From Chrysomallon squamiferum (Eukaryota; Animalia; Mollusca): 64,000 nt of DNA. Positions 26,118 through 52,676 of the stretch are shown here, one piece after another (within the stretch, counting starts at the first letter, position 1; every line of letters begins with the position of its first letter). The stretch is from positions 8,246,001 to 8,310,000 of the forward strand of contig CM022668.1 of the NCBI GenBank assembly GCA_012295275.1, given 5' to 3'. Below the pieces are notes generated by a model that was not told where the DNA came from, ran no database searches, and was given only the letters and a program-made list of their open reading frames with translations. Position numbers and translations under genes: made by a program.

Positions 26118-26506
26118 CAGTATACCCTCACCTGTTCGCGGTTCCCCATTCGCAGCCCCGCATATTCGCGGGTTAGGCTCTTAACCCTATCGCATCGTAT
26201 GCTGGTATACCAGGCGAGCGTCATAACGTCATAAAAACAAATGCTCGGTAAACCGCACAACCAATATCAAATTTTTTCAATTATTATTGCAATACAGTAC
26301 GTATTTTTTTATAAATGCATACACTGTATGTACAGTGCATATTTTTTGTGACCGTGTATTAATCATGTTTTTAATTGCATATTATTACCTGAACTGTACG
26401 TACTATATTTATCTGTCTGTTTGCCTTTAAATTTGTTCCACTTTCTGTCAATTCTAAAAGGGGGGGGGTAAAGAACGTAACCCCCGCGAATAGCGAGGGA
26501 ATACTG
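26118..26506. mobile_element. Tc1/mariner (pogo/Tigger-like) MITE, 389 bp
   Basis: TA|CAGTATACCCTCACCTGTTCGCGG ... CCGCGAATAGCGAGGGAATACTG|TA: imperfect ~23-bp TIRs starting CAGT, TA duplicated on both sides. Confidence 0.85.
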
Positions 26507-27641
26507 TAATTTGTTTATGATAACCGTTAACTTTGTCGCTATTGGAGAATCGTTTGATGCATGGTAACCAATATGTCTGCAGAAAAATGAATGAATGTGT
26601 TGATTTCCGGAGAGGTTGCCCTGAGGTAAGCGATCAGGTTTATTCGCATTAATACTGTATATGAGTTTTGTTCATTCACACGCAATTTATTTATTTAAGA
26701 CAACGACTTAACAGAGGTTTAAAATTAGAGTAACCGAACAGTCTTCTAGCACAAAATACCCGGCTCTTCAGAAAAAGAGATTCTGGCGTAACGCTATTTT
26801 TTAAGCATCTGTATAATATTAAGACGATCTCATTTTAATGAACATTTCAGATGTGACTGTGAAGGAATCTTGTTTTATAACTGTTTCAACTTAAAGTCTT
26901 TGAATTTGTATAGTCTGCACGATCGATACTTAGGAGTTGCATCTTTTATTATAATTATAAATTTTCAGTCGAGCAACGCTTTCTTTTCGAGGATTATTTA
27001 ATATGTAAAATGCATATATTTTTAAATCAATATTAAACTTTTCACGGTCGTTGCTAAGACAGGTTTATCAGTAATTATTTACATTAAACAGTGTGCATGT
27101 GCGTGTGTTTGGGGACGTTTGCATCAGTGCGTGCACGTTACAACGAATATTCTGATTCAAAATGTAAACGCCTGTATATTGGAATGAATATATATTCTTC
27201 TTTGTCTTCTTTTTGTACTTCGTGTTCTTCTTATTTTTGTTGTTTTTATTTTCCGTTGTTGTTGTTGTTGTTGTTATTATTATTATTATCGATGCTGTTA
27301 GGATCTTTTGTTATTTTTTTTTTTCATTTTCTTCTCTTTCTCTCCTGTGTAATACTATTTTTATATATTATGTATTTATTTGTTTCTTTGTTTATTTGTT
27401 TATTTATTTATTCGTTTTTATTTATTTTTTAAACTTTTTTTGATTCCTGTTTTTCGTGTTTGTATTCTTTCGCTTTCCTTCTAATTTAACCTTTCATGTT
27501 TCAAATCTGTCACAACAATAAACGCTGATTTTTTTCACCAATCAAACCAATCGAACTTTGACGGAGAGTCGGCTAAATCTCGATATAACCTGTCTATATC
27601 AGTTAGACAGTCATCGATCCGATAACGAAAATTGTTTTGTA

Positions 27642-27666
27642 GTTACCATGGTATCCAAAATGGCGG
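27642..27666. promoter_or_regulatory. RFX X-box-like palindrome followed immediately by a YY1-type motif; candidate WDR86 promoter
   Basis: GTTACCATGGTATC (1 mismatch to GTTACCATGGTAAC) then CAAAATGGCGG, in a CpG-rich patch upstream of a candidate donor AATAG|GTAACA at 28040/28041. Confidence 0.45.
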
Positions 27667-28717
27667 ACTAAAAAAAAAAAAAAAAGAAAGAAGAAGAAAG
27701 AGTCTGGCATAATATATTGATCTCAGGAATTGGCAACAAGCCGCTTTAGTTGTTTGACGTGAATTCACATAACTGTGGCCAAACAAGAGACCTTTTACGA
27801 TAAACTTGATGACGTACGTAGTTCTTCTTTTGTGATTTCCGTCGTCTTTGTTCCGCAGTCCTTTGTCAGTCGATCCATCGACATGAAGGTTTAATAAGCT
27901 CGATTGATGGGGCATCGAGGTGCGCGTATCGCTTCTTAATTCGCTGGCGGTTGTTTTCGCAAGCCAACGCGTTGTTATTTAGATCCAGAAGGAGTGTTCT
28001 TAAAGCAAGAAATAAAGAAAAAGAAAAAGGCAGGAAATAGGTAACATTTTATTTAATGTGATGTTGAAAATTATACACATACTAATGCGAGCACGTGCGG
28101 CTAGTCATATAACTGTTAACCATTTTACTTTGTATTTGTTTTATTTTACCCTGTACATGTTTTACTTTTAATTGGTGTTTCAATCTAATTCACTTTCATT
28201 ATTCGTCTCTTTATCCGTTTAGTTCTCTGTTTCTATATTCTGAATATGTATGTTTGTTTGTATGTATGTGTGTATGTATGTATACATAATATTATATGTG
28301 TTCATGTGTTTGAGCATATATGTGTGTGTGTGTGTGTGTGTATGTGTGTGTTCTGACGCTTCACAGTGACTGTTAATATGCACAATTAAAATTCCTTTCT
28401 TATTACCGTGTCAGTTCGTACCGAGCTTTCCTATTGTGTGTTTCTTTACATAATATTGTGTGTTTCTTTACATAATATTGAATGTTTCTTTATATAATAC
28501 TGTGTGTTTCTTTACATAATATTGTGTATTTCTTTACATAAAATAATGTGTTTTTGTTTTCATTAATTTGATAATTATCCTTATTTCTGTTGTTACGGTT
28601 TTATTCTTCAGCATCTAATTTTAATTAAAATTTAAGGCTGGGACCGCTGGTTAAATTTCATATTAAGACAGAAATACAATGAACTGTGTTGTATTTGTAT
28701 ACAGGATATGTGTAAAA

Positions 28718-28764
<47 letters not shown>

Positions 28765-28827
28765 CTTCTACATGTGCCCTATGTTCTCATAATGCGCTAC
28801 CGTCCAGGTTAAATGACTAATCTGGAT

Positions 28828-29400
28828 ATACGTCACTATTTTCACACTATTACACTATGTTTTATTTCTACAGTTAAATATACGTCACTATTTTCACACT
28901 ATTACACTATGTTTTATTTCTACAGTTAAATATACGTCACTATTTTCACACTATTACACTATGTTTTATTTCTACAGTTAAATATACGTCACTATTTTCA
29001 CACTATTACACTATGTTTTATTTCTACAGTTAAATATACGTCACTATTTTCACACTATTACACTATGTTTTATTTCTACAGTTAAATATACGTCACTATT
29101 TTCACACTATTACACTATATTTTATTTTCTACAGTTAAATATACGTCACTATTTTCACACTATTACACTATGTTTTTTTTCTACAGTTTTAAATATACGT
29201 CACTATTTTCACACTATTACACTATGTTTTATTTCTACAGTTAAATATACGTCACTATTTTCACACTATTACACTATGTTTTATTTCTACAGTTAAATAT
29301 ACGTTACTATTTTCACACTATTACACTATGTTTTATTTCTACAGTTAAATGTACGTTACTATTTTCAAAATGTTACAGTATGTTTTATTTTTACATTATT
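28828..29400. repeat. 52-bp minisatellite, ~11 copies
   Basis: Unit atacgtcactattttcacactattacactatgttttatttctacagttaaat; a 22-bp array also lies at ~28435-28545. Confidence 0.93.
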
Positions 29401-29613
29401 AAGATAATTTTTTTTTTTTCTCTCCATTTTGATGTACGAGACAGTTTTAGCACTACTACAATACGTTTTATTTCTACAGTTGAAGGTACATTACTTTTTG
29501 AAACTAATATTATATTTTTTATTTCTCCATTAAAGATGTACGTTACTTTTTCACACAATTACAGTTCGCATTTGTATTTTTTTTCTGTTTATAACAACTT
29601 CTCTCTCTCTTAT

Positions 29614-29729
<116 letters not shown>

Positions 29730-30113
29730 GTCTCTCATTCTTCATCAAATTTATCAAATTATTTAATAAATATTCACATGTTTTCTGTTTTTTTAATTTC
29801 AGTTATCTACTTCAAGAAGTGCAAAAACTCGAATAATTCAAGAAAGAAGAAGATATTTAAGAAAATTACGACTTTGACTAATTCTGAAATATTTTGATTG
29901 ATTCCAGACATTAACCACACTTCCCAAATAGGAGCAAATAAAATACATTTACTTAGCTTCAAGATAAAATCACAACAAAAAGCAACAACGACAACAAAAA
30001 CAAAACAACAACAAAAACAACACAGCATCATTCTGATGGTCAGTAATTCTGGCGGTGTGAAGAACTAAGCAAAACTGGAATTTTTTCGGAACCATTTCGC
30101 GAGACCCTTCGCC

Positions 30114-42045
<11,932 letters not shown>

Positions 42046-43377
42046 TAAACTGGCTTTTGATGCGGGCATCGAGTTTTATTATCTAATTTCTAAATTATGT
42101 TTAAAAAATTATTAATTACTGTATTTCAGTTTTTAGTTTTCTCTCTCTGATTTGCGTTGCTGATTCAGTGATTTATTATTTAAAGAATAAAGAATGGTTT
42201 TTCATGTTTTCGCCTTTTTCCGTAGAAAACATGACACATTTTTTTCTTTTTAGTATATATTTGGGGTTTCTTTCTTTCTATCTTTTTTTCTTAAATGAAA
42301 TATCTTTAATATAATTATAATTTAATAATTACGAAATAACTTATTATCTTATCTTATCTTATCTTATCTTATCTTATCTTATCTTATATTATATTATATT
42401 ATTTATTTATTTATTTATTTATTTATAATTTGATTATATTTTAACATTCTTTTAAAAAGTTTTTGTATATAATCATAATTTTTACATGGCTTTAAGACTA
42501 TAACTAATGGTGATATTATAGTTAGAAAATATAACGATGGATGAGAGTGATGATAACAATGACTGTTACGATAATGATGATGATGATTACAAGAACGGTA
42601 AAGATTATGCTGATGATGATGATGATGAAGATGACATTTCACTTGCAGTATTCGAGTGAAATGGTTATAATGATCTTTCATTGAAGAAACATTAGAAACA
42701 GTAAATGTGGACTGCTACGGTTCATGCATGTTTCTCTGGACAGCTGGTTTTATTCAAAGTAACAAAAATGTAAACTATTTTTGCACATTACTATAAACCA
42801 GTTTAATATAAATGTATCTTTATTTTTGCATATAGCTAAATAAGAATGAGCTATTTTTATATTTCAAATCTATGTTTAAATTATAATATCCAGTTAGATA
42901 TATATATATTTAGTTAGCGCGTGATTAATATAAGCATATTAACGATTTTAAAATTTAAGAATTTATTTAAGAATTTTGTTTTATTAATAAATAAATAAAT
43001 AAATTAATAATATTTTTTTAATTATTAAATTTCTTTATTACTAAATTTACAAATAAATACTGCTGTTTATTATTTTTATTATTATTATTCTTTTTATCAT
43101 AGTTTAAACTATTTGGATATGTAATTGCTTATTTATTTACTCATGTATTTATTTACTGAAAGTTATTTCGTTTATGTAAACATCTGCTGATTCACACTGC
43201 TGTTAAGATTTCGTAACATAACGTGATAATTATTATGAATTATATACATCTTGTGATATGCTGCTGTATTTTGTAATAATTCTGTTGTTATCAAATATTA
43301 TATTTGTACGCTTATATAGTGTTGTTTATTATATAAAATATAGTACCGATTTTAACACAAACTAAGTTGTGCAATAT

Positions 43378-43675
43378 ATCGTGACTTCTTTACATAAAAT
43401 TTTAAGTCCTGATTTGTTTACATAAAAGTTTCTAGTCGTGACTTGTTTATGGAACATATCCTTTATGTAACATGTCAAGTCGTGACTTTTTCATGTAATA
43501 TATCTTGAATCTTTGGTTTTTCGTGAAATTCATAAACTTAAGACAATGGATAATATGCCAAGTCGTGATTTGTTTCTGTACAGTATCCAGTCGTTTACAT
43601 AATACATCAATTCGTGATTTTTTATATTAATTAAGTCGTGACATTTTACATATTACACCAAGTCGTTACTTCTTG
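43378..43675. repeat. Degenerate ~29-bp minisatellite with core aagtcgtgact
   Basis: gtcgtga(c/t)t core recurs about 8 times. Confidence 0.55.
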
Positions 43676-45121
43676 TTTAATGTAGATAATTAAATTAAAA
43701 AATTATTTGTCCATCTGATGCTGTGAATTTTGTTTGTAATTGTTAATATGGATTAATTCAAGTATCTTTTGGACTTGCTAGATAATTTTTTTTTACTCTA
43801 TTTGTTAAGATAATATTGCCGTTTTCTATCATCACCAGGTTCGTATTACCACAATCTTTTAATTAAAATGTCTTAATGAAAACGAACACATTCCGTCCTT
43901 ATTTTAAACCTTCGGCCATTTCCTTTGAATTGAATATTAGTGATTCGGCTGTTTCCGTTAAATATATATTTAGAATTTTTCTTATTAGTAATTTTTTGAT
44001 AATTGTTGTCTACACTTGTTAATTTATACTGCTGTTTGTAAATTATTATACATAGGTATATTATGATAATTATAATTAAATGAAATATGCTTGTATATAG
44101 CTGGTCTGTGTGATATTAAAGTGTACGCGTGGTGATGCTAACAAACAGCCTTAAATACTTTTTGTATATTTAAGTTATTTTTCTCTTTGTTAATGTAAAC
44201 CAACCTTTTCTAATGGTAAAGTATAACAATAATTATTAGAAAATTTTCTATTTCATTCTAATGTACTTTTGACGTCACCTTTATAACAATAAATACAAAA
44301 ACAAATACAATTTCAAATATAAATATATAAATAAATAAACAAACAAACAAACAAACAAATATTAAGTAAGTAAATAAATAAACGAATGAACAAATAAACT
44401 GACAGTAAGGTTTAAATATACAAACCGTATTTAGACTAAACACTCACCACCACAGACGCACTTTAAAGAAATATTTTTTCATCTTTTCATTAATAACAAT
44501 TTTAATGTATCGGTTTGATGACACATATTTGTATGACATAGCTGCTAAGTTACAGAGCAGATGTATTTTGCACACCACATTCATTTCATTTTCACTAGTT
44601 CAGATGTTCAGATGCGGAGTCAGATGCGGAGTCAGATCTGTTTGAAAGTAGAGCCTGATACTGTGAAGCGACAGCTCTTCATTCATACAAAATCAGTGCG
44701 GCCCCCTTCTCCCGAATTATATAAGTATGTGACAATAAATAATGAAACTATATCTACGCATGTGGGAAGGTACTTGAAACTGGCGAGGAGACTAGAAACA
44801 AGGGTTGTTGAGATGAGGCCTGTCACCGGGAGCCGTATCTGAACTAGATTTACTGTTTAATAGCTCATGTGTGACTTTACAGTGTTTTTATTTGTAGAGA
44901 ACAAACAATCTGCGTTTATTGTAACTTAAAATTATTAAATTTACATTTCAAAACAACATTTATTTTTTCTTCTCTGCAGATATAAATTTGATTTTTATAA
45001 TTAATTTAGGCGTTTTTTTAATTATTATTATTATTTTTTTACATTCCTAGTATGTTTCTTATTATGTTTTTCATTCGATTTTTCAATTTTTTTTATAATA
45101 ATAATAATAATAATAATAATC

Positions 45122-45154
<33 letters not shown>

Positions 45155-45478
45155 TAATAATGATAATGTTTGTTTTTAAATATAAATATTACAAGTTTAG
45201 ACCACCTCGCCTCAAATCCCACCCCTGCTGTTGATCCCGGAAAGAAAGCTTTGAGTTATAATTGTAATTAGAATTATGATTATTATTATTATTATTATTA
45301 TTGTTATTGTTATAAATAAAAGGTGCGTAATGAAGTCAAATTTGACAACTTCAGTCTCATCACGTTCTGTAGTTTTCATTTACAATCGTTTAGAATTATT
45401 AAAACTTTGAAACTGACCAAATTATGTTTTTCTTATTACTTCGAAATAAATAAATAAATAAATAAATAAATAAAAAAA

Positions 45479-45549
<71 letters not shown>

Positions 45550-46740
45550 TAAAAGAGAGCAAGATAAAACAATATATAATAGAGATCAATGTTGAAATTA
45601 TTAAATCTTTAAATCCATGTTTTTCTGTAAACGTTTTCATCTATCTCAATGTTTTTATCTATAATTTTTTCCCCCTTTACAGTAGTATGTATGTACTTGC
45701 TTAAAATTAATTTGAGTAAAAAAATTAAACATGTTTTAAAATACGTTTCCTTCTATGTTCTTCGCACCTTTTCTTTTACGTATAATTATAGGAACTACTT
45801 TTGTGTGTTTGTATTGTTGCGAGATTTTCTGTGATAAAAGTCACGAGGTCGTGACCTCATAACTTTGATAATTATAATTATATAACGTTTGCATTAAAAA
45901 AGTAATAAATTATAGTTCTGTTTTAGCACGTGTATTAATAATGTGTTTTTGCCAACAAACGAAACTGATGACAATATGTACCTATATTGTTGTGATATCT
46001 ATATTACTTCATAGTTTTATTTATTATTTATTATTTTATATATCTGTTATTCTGTACTCATGTGTAAGCGCTTGATAATCTTAGCTTCTAAGATGGAATT
46101 ATTATTTTATGTTTGATTTGTCTATTTATTTATTTAATTATTTAATTGAAATATAATTTGAAAATAAATAAATAAAAGTAGTAACATTTTTTAAAAATTG
46201 TTATTTTTATACCATATATTTCATGACAGTTCGATGAAAATAGATATCTTGGACGGTGAAATATAGTTCTTAATTATTATTATTCAGCTAAATACGGTCA
46301 GTAAACTCAGATTATTAATTTTGGGTTAGGTGAGAATAAATAAATGTGTCGCTTTAAATAAAATAAATGATCATCGTCATGAAATTTTTGTTTACAGGAG
46401 AAAATCGTATGCATCTAAAATGTTGTATTTGTTTTAACAGATTTTATAAATATGTCTTTATGATAATTATTTGTTTAAATCTGCAATAACAGCCTACTTT
46501 TGTTATTACTTTGGTCTTACAGAAACTGTGCTTTAAACTAAGCAGTTAGAAATAAAATTATTTCTCATTCCACTAAAACCGATTTGTGTCAGGAATAATG
46601 ATTGGTTGATTGTTGTATCAGACATAATGATTGTCTGATAATTACGGGAGATGTAATTCTAAATATGCAAATCGTGACATTTTTGTACCTCAGTAAAGCT
46701 GCTGATTAAACAAATATATAAACCCATGTCAAAATAAAGA

Positions 46741-46853
<113 letters not shown>

Positions 46854-47202
46854 AATATTAAATATTAAATATCGGAGGAAATATTAATAACACTTGAATA
46901 TTTAGAATTTTTGATATAATTTTTGATATAAACAGCAAATATTTCATTTAATTCTTAAATAAAATTCTATCGTTTATTTATTAATTTAATTCTGGAACAG
47001 GAGAAATGGTTTACATAAAAAAAAGTCTGTAATGTTCATTTGGATGACTCGCTGGGTGTAAATTTAACCCATTTACTCTTGCGGCGGGACACCCATATTA
47101 ATTTTACATATTTCTGTTTGCTTGAAAATTGAAAACTTATATTTATTAATAAAGTCTCTTTACCAAAAGATTTTTGTTTTCTTTTTTTTGAAAGTATTAA
47201 AC

Positions 47203-47246
<44 letters not shown>

Positions 47247-47251
47247 GTATA

Positions 47252-47312
<61 letters not shown>

Positions 47313-47346
47313 GTGTTATATATATAAAAATGAACTTAAACACTCT

Positions 47347-47477
47347 CTTATAAAATTACAAAATTAAAAAACATAATAATTCTACCTTAAATGAATTTTA
47401 GGTAACCAAAACTTACAAAGCATTTTTCCATTTCACTTTCTTTTGTACAACAGTTTTTATAAAACATGGTACTCACT
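47347..47477 (+). repeat. ~130-bp repeat, inverted partner of 58874-59006
   Basis: cttataaaattacaaaattaaaaa...aaaacatggtactcact matches the reverse complement of 58874-59006 with few changes. Confidence 0.85.
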
Positions 47478-47484
47478 CTCTCTT

Positions 47485-47583
<99 letters not shown>

Positions 47584-47734
47584 TGCACACACAAACACAA
47601 ATAATATGATTTGACAAGACAGTCAAGAAACACAAATATGTATGATTTGACAAGACAGTCAAGAGGTCCTAATTATTACTATCATCTACTGTACATGCAT
47701 ACATACACACATATATATTTATATACATACATAT

Positions 47735-47975
<241 letters not shown>

Positions 47976-50171
47976 ATTTTAACATGCAGTTTAGGCCAGG
48001 AGAAAGACATTTAAAAAAAAACCGACACAAACAAACAAAAACAACCTTAGAGTATATTTATTTATTATTTATCTTTATATATATTTGTATGTTTATGTGG
48101 TTGAGCATGTGCATGTCGGTATGTAAACACCAGCCTCGTTTTTGTGCTGTTATCTAGATGGGGCAACCATAGAAATATGTTAATATCAAATCGGGACAAC
48201 AAATAACAAATGAGTATTACTTGATTGTGGTCGTCTGAGGTTATCATTGTTAATACTGTCACGTTACGTAGATAATCGTCCAATAACAGTCGCAATTAGC
48301 CAAACGTGACGTCACCGAGATGACAGCCAGAGTTATCTTCTTAACTGTCTGTATCTGCACGCTTGTTACGTGTTACGTATTTGCTAGGAGACTTTACATT
48401 TATGTGTCTATATAAAATTGATACGTATGTATGTCTGCATAATTACTGTTACGCTTGTGTTTGTATAGTGTTAATGCATGTATTTGTATTCTTATTTTGT
48501 GTTAATATTTTTTGTATAATCTTGATGTCTATGTCTACAAACGTATTTTATGTTTGTTTTGTATTGTCGATATGTTTGTGTGTCCATGTTTAGTTGTTTT
48601 TTTAATTGTCTTTCTCTGTTTTGTATATCTATTTCTTCTTCGAAAGAAAGAAAAAAAAAGAAAGGAAAGTTATAAATATATATTCTAAGTTATCTTTTCT
48701 TTTTCTTTTCTCAAAAATGTCTACTAATAAAATTAAAATTTAAAAGTCAATTTTGACAAATGTAAGTCAGGTAAACATTTTGCAGAATTAAAATGCATTC
48801 TTCATCATGACATTGAACTCTTGTAACATTGCCCATTACTATTGATAAAAACATGCTAAAATTAGCTAAACTCAGATAATCAATAGTTTGATCGACTTTA
48901 TTATGATTCTTATTCCATACTTAAACTTTTGTCTATATTTATCGGATTACTGGTTATGTATTAGTTTGCCATATAATAAATTTCTCAAGATAATACTAAA
49001 CATATCCAGTATCATTTCGTACCACTTGTATCCATCATAACACATAACATACTACTTGAACAGCAGAATGATGATCAACATGTCAGAAAAGCTTATGAGC
49101 TTTTAAAGGGAGATAACTTGTCTTGTGCAAGAGCTTCAGTGACATTTCTGAAAGACAGACAGCAGTTGTATATATATTTTAAGGATCTTTATTTTAAAGA
49201 GTTGTTTAGATTTAATGATTATTTGTTTTGATTTTAATAAACACTTCTTATCTATAGCCATACATTTTATTTAGAAATCAAGAGAGGAAAGTTGTCATAA
49301 CTATTTTTTATCAATCAACGTTATTGATTTAGTTAAGCATCTTTCTGTAAGCAAAAATAATCACCTGTCAAAATCAATGAATTACCATGGTGACAGAGAG
49401 TTTTTTAATTACAATTAAATTAACTAGATAAAGCAATTTATAATTACAAAAGATTTGATGGTAAAAATTATTAAAATGAAAACAATATTTTGAATTAACC
49501 ATCCAAAAAAATTATTTTATTGATTCATAATCATAATTGTCATTTATCATTATATATTGATTAGGTTCTTAGTATCAGTAATCTGGAAATAAGTCATCAT
49601 ACAGAAATATCTACAAGAAAGAAAAAAAACTTTAAATATTATCTGGTCACTGCTAATGCAGAGTCCAAAAATGCTGATTTATGGACATCAATAAACATTC
49701 TTTTTGAGATATTAAATAAATGGACAAACAGCCTAGAATTCTCAAAAACTTTTGATGTACAGCAAAGACACAGATAAATATGACCAGACAGACTGAATCT
49801 AGTCTTAAATCACATAGCAAAGAATTGAGGTTTGGCCAACAATAACAGAATGTCAAAAATATTCAGTTTTTGATATTTTGTGAAAAATAGGTTTATATTG
49901 ACCTTATCTCTTTTTCTAGTGACAAAACTGATATTAATCTTAAGGTGTGCTTTAGATTCTTTTATAAACAATCTGATATGGCTGGATGCAAGAAACACTT
50001 CATTTTTGTTTCTGCCAGTGGAATTGCCTCATTTTCCTTCATCCATTTGATGCTGAGTGATCATTTCAATGTTGTCAGCCTGATTACACTATTATCTCAA
50101 TCAGAAATATCATTATTCCTGAAACCAGTATTAAAGCAACGGCTTCCTAGCACAGTTCTTGTCTGGTGAAG

Positions 50172-51292
50172 TCACAGTGTTTGATTAGCTGAAAGTTCTT
50201 CTAGAAATGACATCAACTGTTTTCCACCATCATCTTCTGAATCTTCATCCATTTCCTCCTCGTCCTCTTCTTCCATTCCTCCTGACGAAGAAAAAAAACC
50301 CCACATAATACTTAACAGATTCATCATGGAGAATACTTTTCAAGGTAAACAGTAAAGATTCTGAAATTTGTACTACAGCAAAGGAAATTTAGTATCTTTG
50401 AAATGTAAGAAAGGAGGCTAATCTAGATGTTTAATGGCTCAGTACCCATTTCTGTTTATTACTAAAATATCTGAAATACATTTTAAATTAAAAAGATTTT
50501 AAAAATAAAAATAAAAAATAAAAATTTCCACAAAGTTTTAGCTTTTAATAAAAGAAAATCATCCAAATATATATGTATGTGTTTGTGCAAAGACTAAAAT
50601 CATTATTATTACTTTTTGGGATGATCAGTTTTAATTCATTTTACTGAAAGAAATCTTGATAGGTATTATTTAATAACAAATGTATATTTAATCATTGTGT
50701 TAATATTTAAAAATATTATTTCTCTCATTTCTGTAATTCAGGAATATTTAAGATAGGAAATAAAATGATCTACAATCTCCCTATAATATCTGTTAAGTTA
50801 ATTTTCTGGTTTAAAAAAAATTAAAACTGGTAAAAAAAATGAGTCAACAGACGAATAAATAATTTACCAGACTCCATCATGTGGCCAGATGTGACAGACA
50901 ACTGTAGTTCTTGTTGCATGTTTTCTTTCTCCTGTATAAATAAATAAATAAATAAATAAACAAACAAATACACAAATTTACGTAAACCTTTTGGCACAGT
51001 ATTATGATTATATGACACTAATCAGTAACAATATAAATATCCTTCAGCCAGTTGAGTTTCTGTTGTTGTTTTTAAAATTATAAATCTGAAATATTTATTT
51101 ACCTTGAGGGAAACGTCTTGATTCGACGCGGACAGTCCAGTCTCTGTACTAGTATTACCTCCAGTTTCCAGCCTAATCATTGTTATTAACGCTAATTCTT
51201 CTACCTGCCGTGAAACGGGAGATATTATTATTAGTGTTGTTATTGTTGTTAAAAAGAAGAATAATGTTTTCCTTTTTAATATGCTTTAAAAC

Positions 51293-51370
<78 letters not shown>

Positions 51371-51602
51371 GTGAATTTAACTGGTTTAAGTAGTAACTAA
51401 CTTAGTTACTTACTAAATAATAAAATATAAATTTGACAAGTATTATCTAAAGATATCTTTAATAAATAAATAAAAATAATCATCAAATTGTTTTATACCA
51501 AAAATATACCTTGAGTCTATTTAACTGATCACTGAGTTTGGTATGCAAGTTTATTAGCGTCTTTTCTTCTTCCTTTAAAACCTGCAACTCTTTGACAGAC
51601 AT
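50172..51602 (-). CDS. SNAPC5: snRNA-activating protein complex subunit 5 (SNAP19), 122 aa, 4 coding exons
   Basis: Exons 51510-51602, 51103-51204, 50868-50931, 50172-50281, all GT-AG and in phase. Protein MSVKELQVLKEEEKTLINLHTKLSDQLNRLK|VEELALITMIR...QQELQLSV...EEEDEEEMDEDSEDD...*; the L-DQLNRLKVEELAL leucine zipper and acidic tail are characteristic of SNAPC5. Confidence 0.9.
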
Positions 51603-51970
51603 TTTGAGTTTTGTTAATTAGAGTTAATGTTCTTGGATTCTTCCTTGGTAGTGTATTCCCCGTTTATCGGAGCACCACATGTGTATGCATGTGGGTGAGT
51701 GAGTGTGCGTACGTGTATGTTTAGTATGTTTGGTATTTGTATGTCTGTTACGTTTATATGGATTTATGTATATATGTATTAATGTATGTGCACGTATGCA
51801 TGTAAATAACATACACTGGCAACATTATATCAATTATCTTGGTTGGCTATCAATAATTACACATTTTTAAATTGTGATGATGATCAACAACACTAAGAAC
51901 AACAAGCTATAAAAAAAACCCATAATGTTATAACTTTATCAGAGCGAGAGAGAACAACAACAACAAAAAA

Positions 51971-52022
<52 letters not shown>

Positions 52023-52173
52023 TAAAATAAAACTAAATAAAATAAAATATTATAAAATAAAATACTACTAATAAATAAATAATTAAATAAAATAATATTA
52101 AAAATATATATATATATAAACTTAAAAACTAAATAAATAAATAAATAAATAAATAAAGAGAAAGGAATGTCAC

Positions 52174-52420
52174 CTGTCTCGTGTTAATGCCACTTATATC
52201 AAACAGCCGAAAGCAATAATCGATGCTATATAAATAAACTGAACTTTATACGTCATTTTTATCTGAAATTGTTTCCATTGTTTTGGCGGTTTTCATACCG
52301 GATTTCGATGACGTTTACATCAGAATCCATATGTTGTGATTAGGAGAACACTGGAAAGTAATTAATCCTGTCACGCAACATGGCGAAACCGTTTTAAGGC
52401 GCGGGTCCGTTGTTCCTAAT
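52174..52420 (-). promoter_or_regulatory. Probable SNAPC5 5'-UTR exon and CpG-rich promoter
   Basis: Donor CAG|GTGACA at 52174/52173; CpG-rich patch with YY1-type CAACATGGCG at 52376-52385. Confidence 0.45.
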
Positions 52421-52596
52421 ACTGTCAAACTGAAATTAAACCTTTTTAAATAAATAAATATGATTGTCACTTAAGTATAAGAGGAAGAAGAAAAAGAAAA
52501 GAAAGAATAAAAATAATAAAAAATCTCCAGCATTATAATATATTTTATTTTCATTATTATTGTTGTTGTTGTTAATATTATTTTTTCTGTGATATT

Positions 52597-52676
<80 letters not shown>

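Noticed and set aside
44561-44842. 93-aa ORF with 12-bp duplication (QMRSQMRS) in a GC-richer patch
   Set aside because: No recognisable homology or linked splice pattern; may be regulatory DNA, but there is no support for a gene call.
52174-52256. Signal-peptide-like first coding exon for the minus-strand gene
   Set aside because: Stops before the donor, and SNAPC5 already has its own ATG at 51602 at the expected position.
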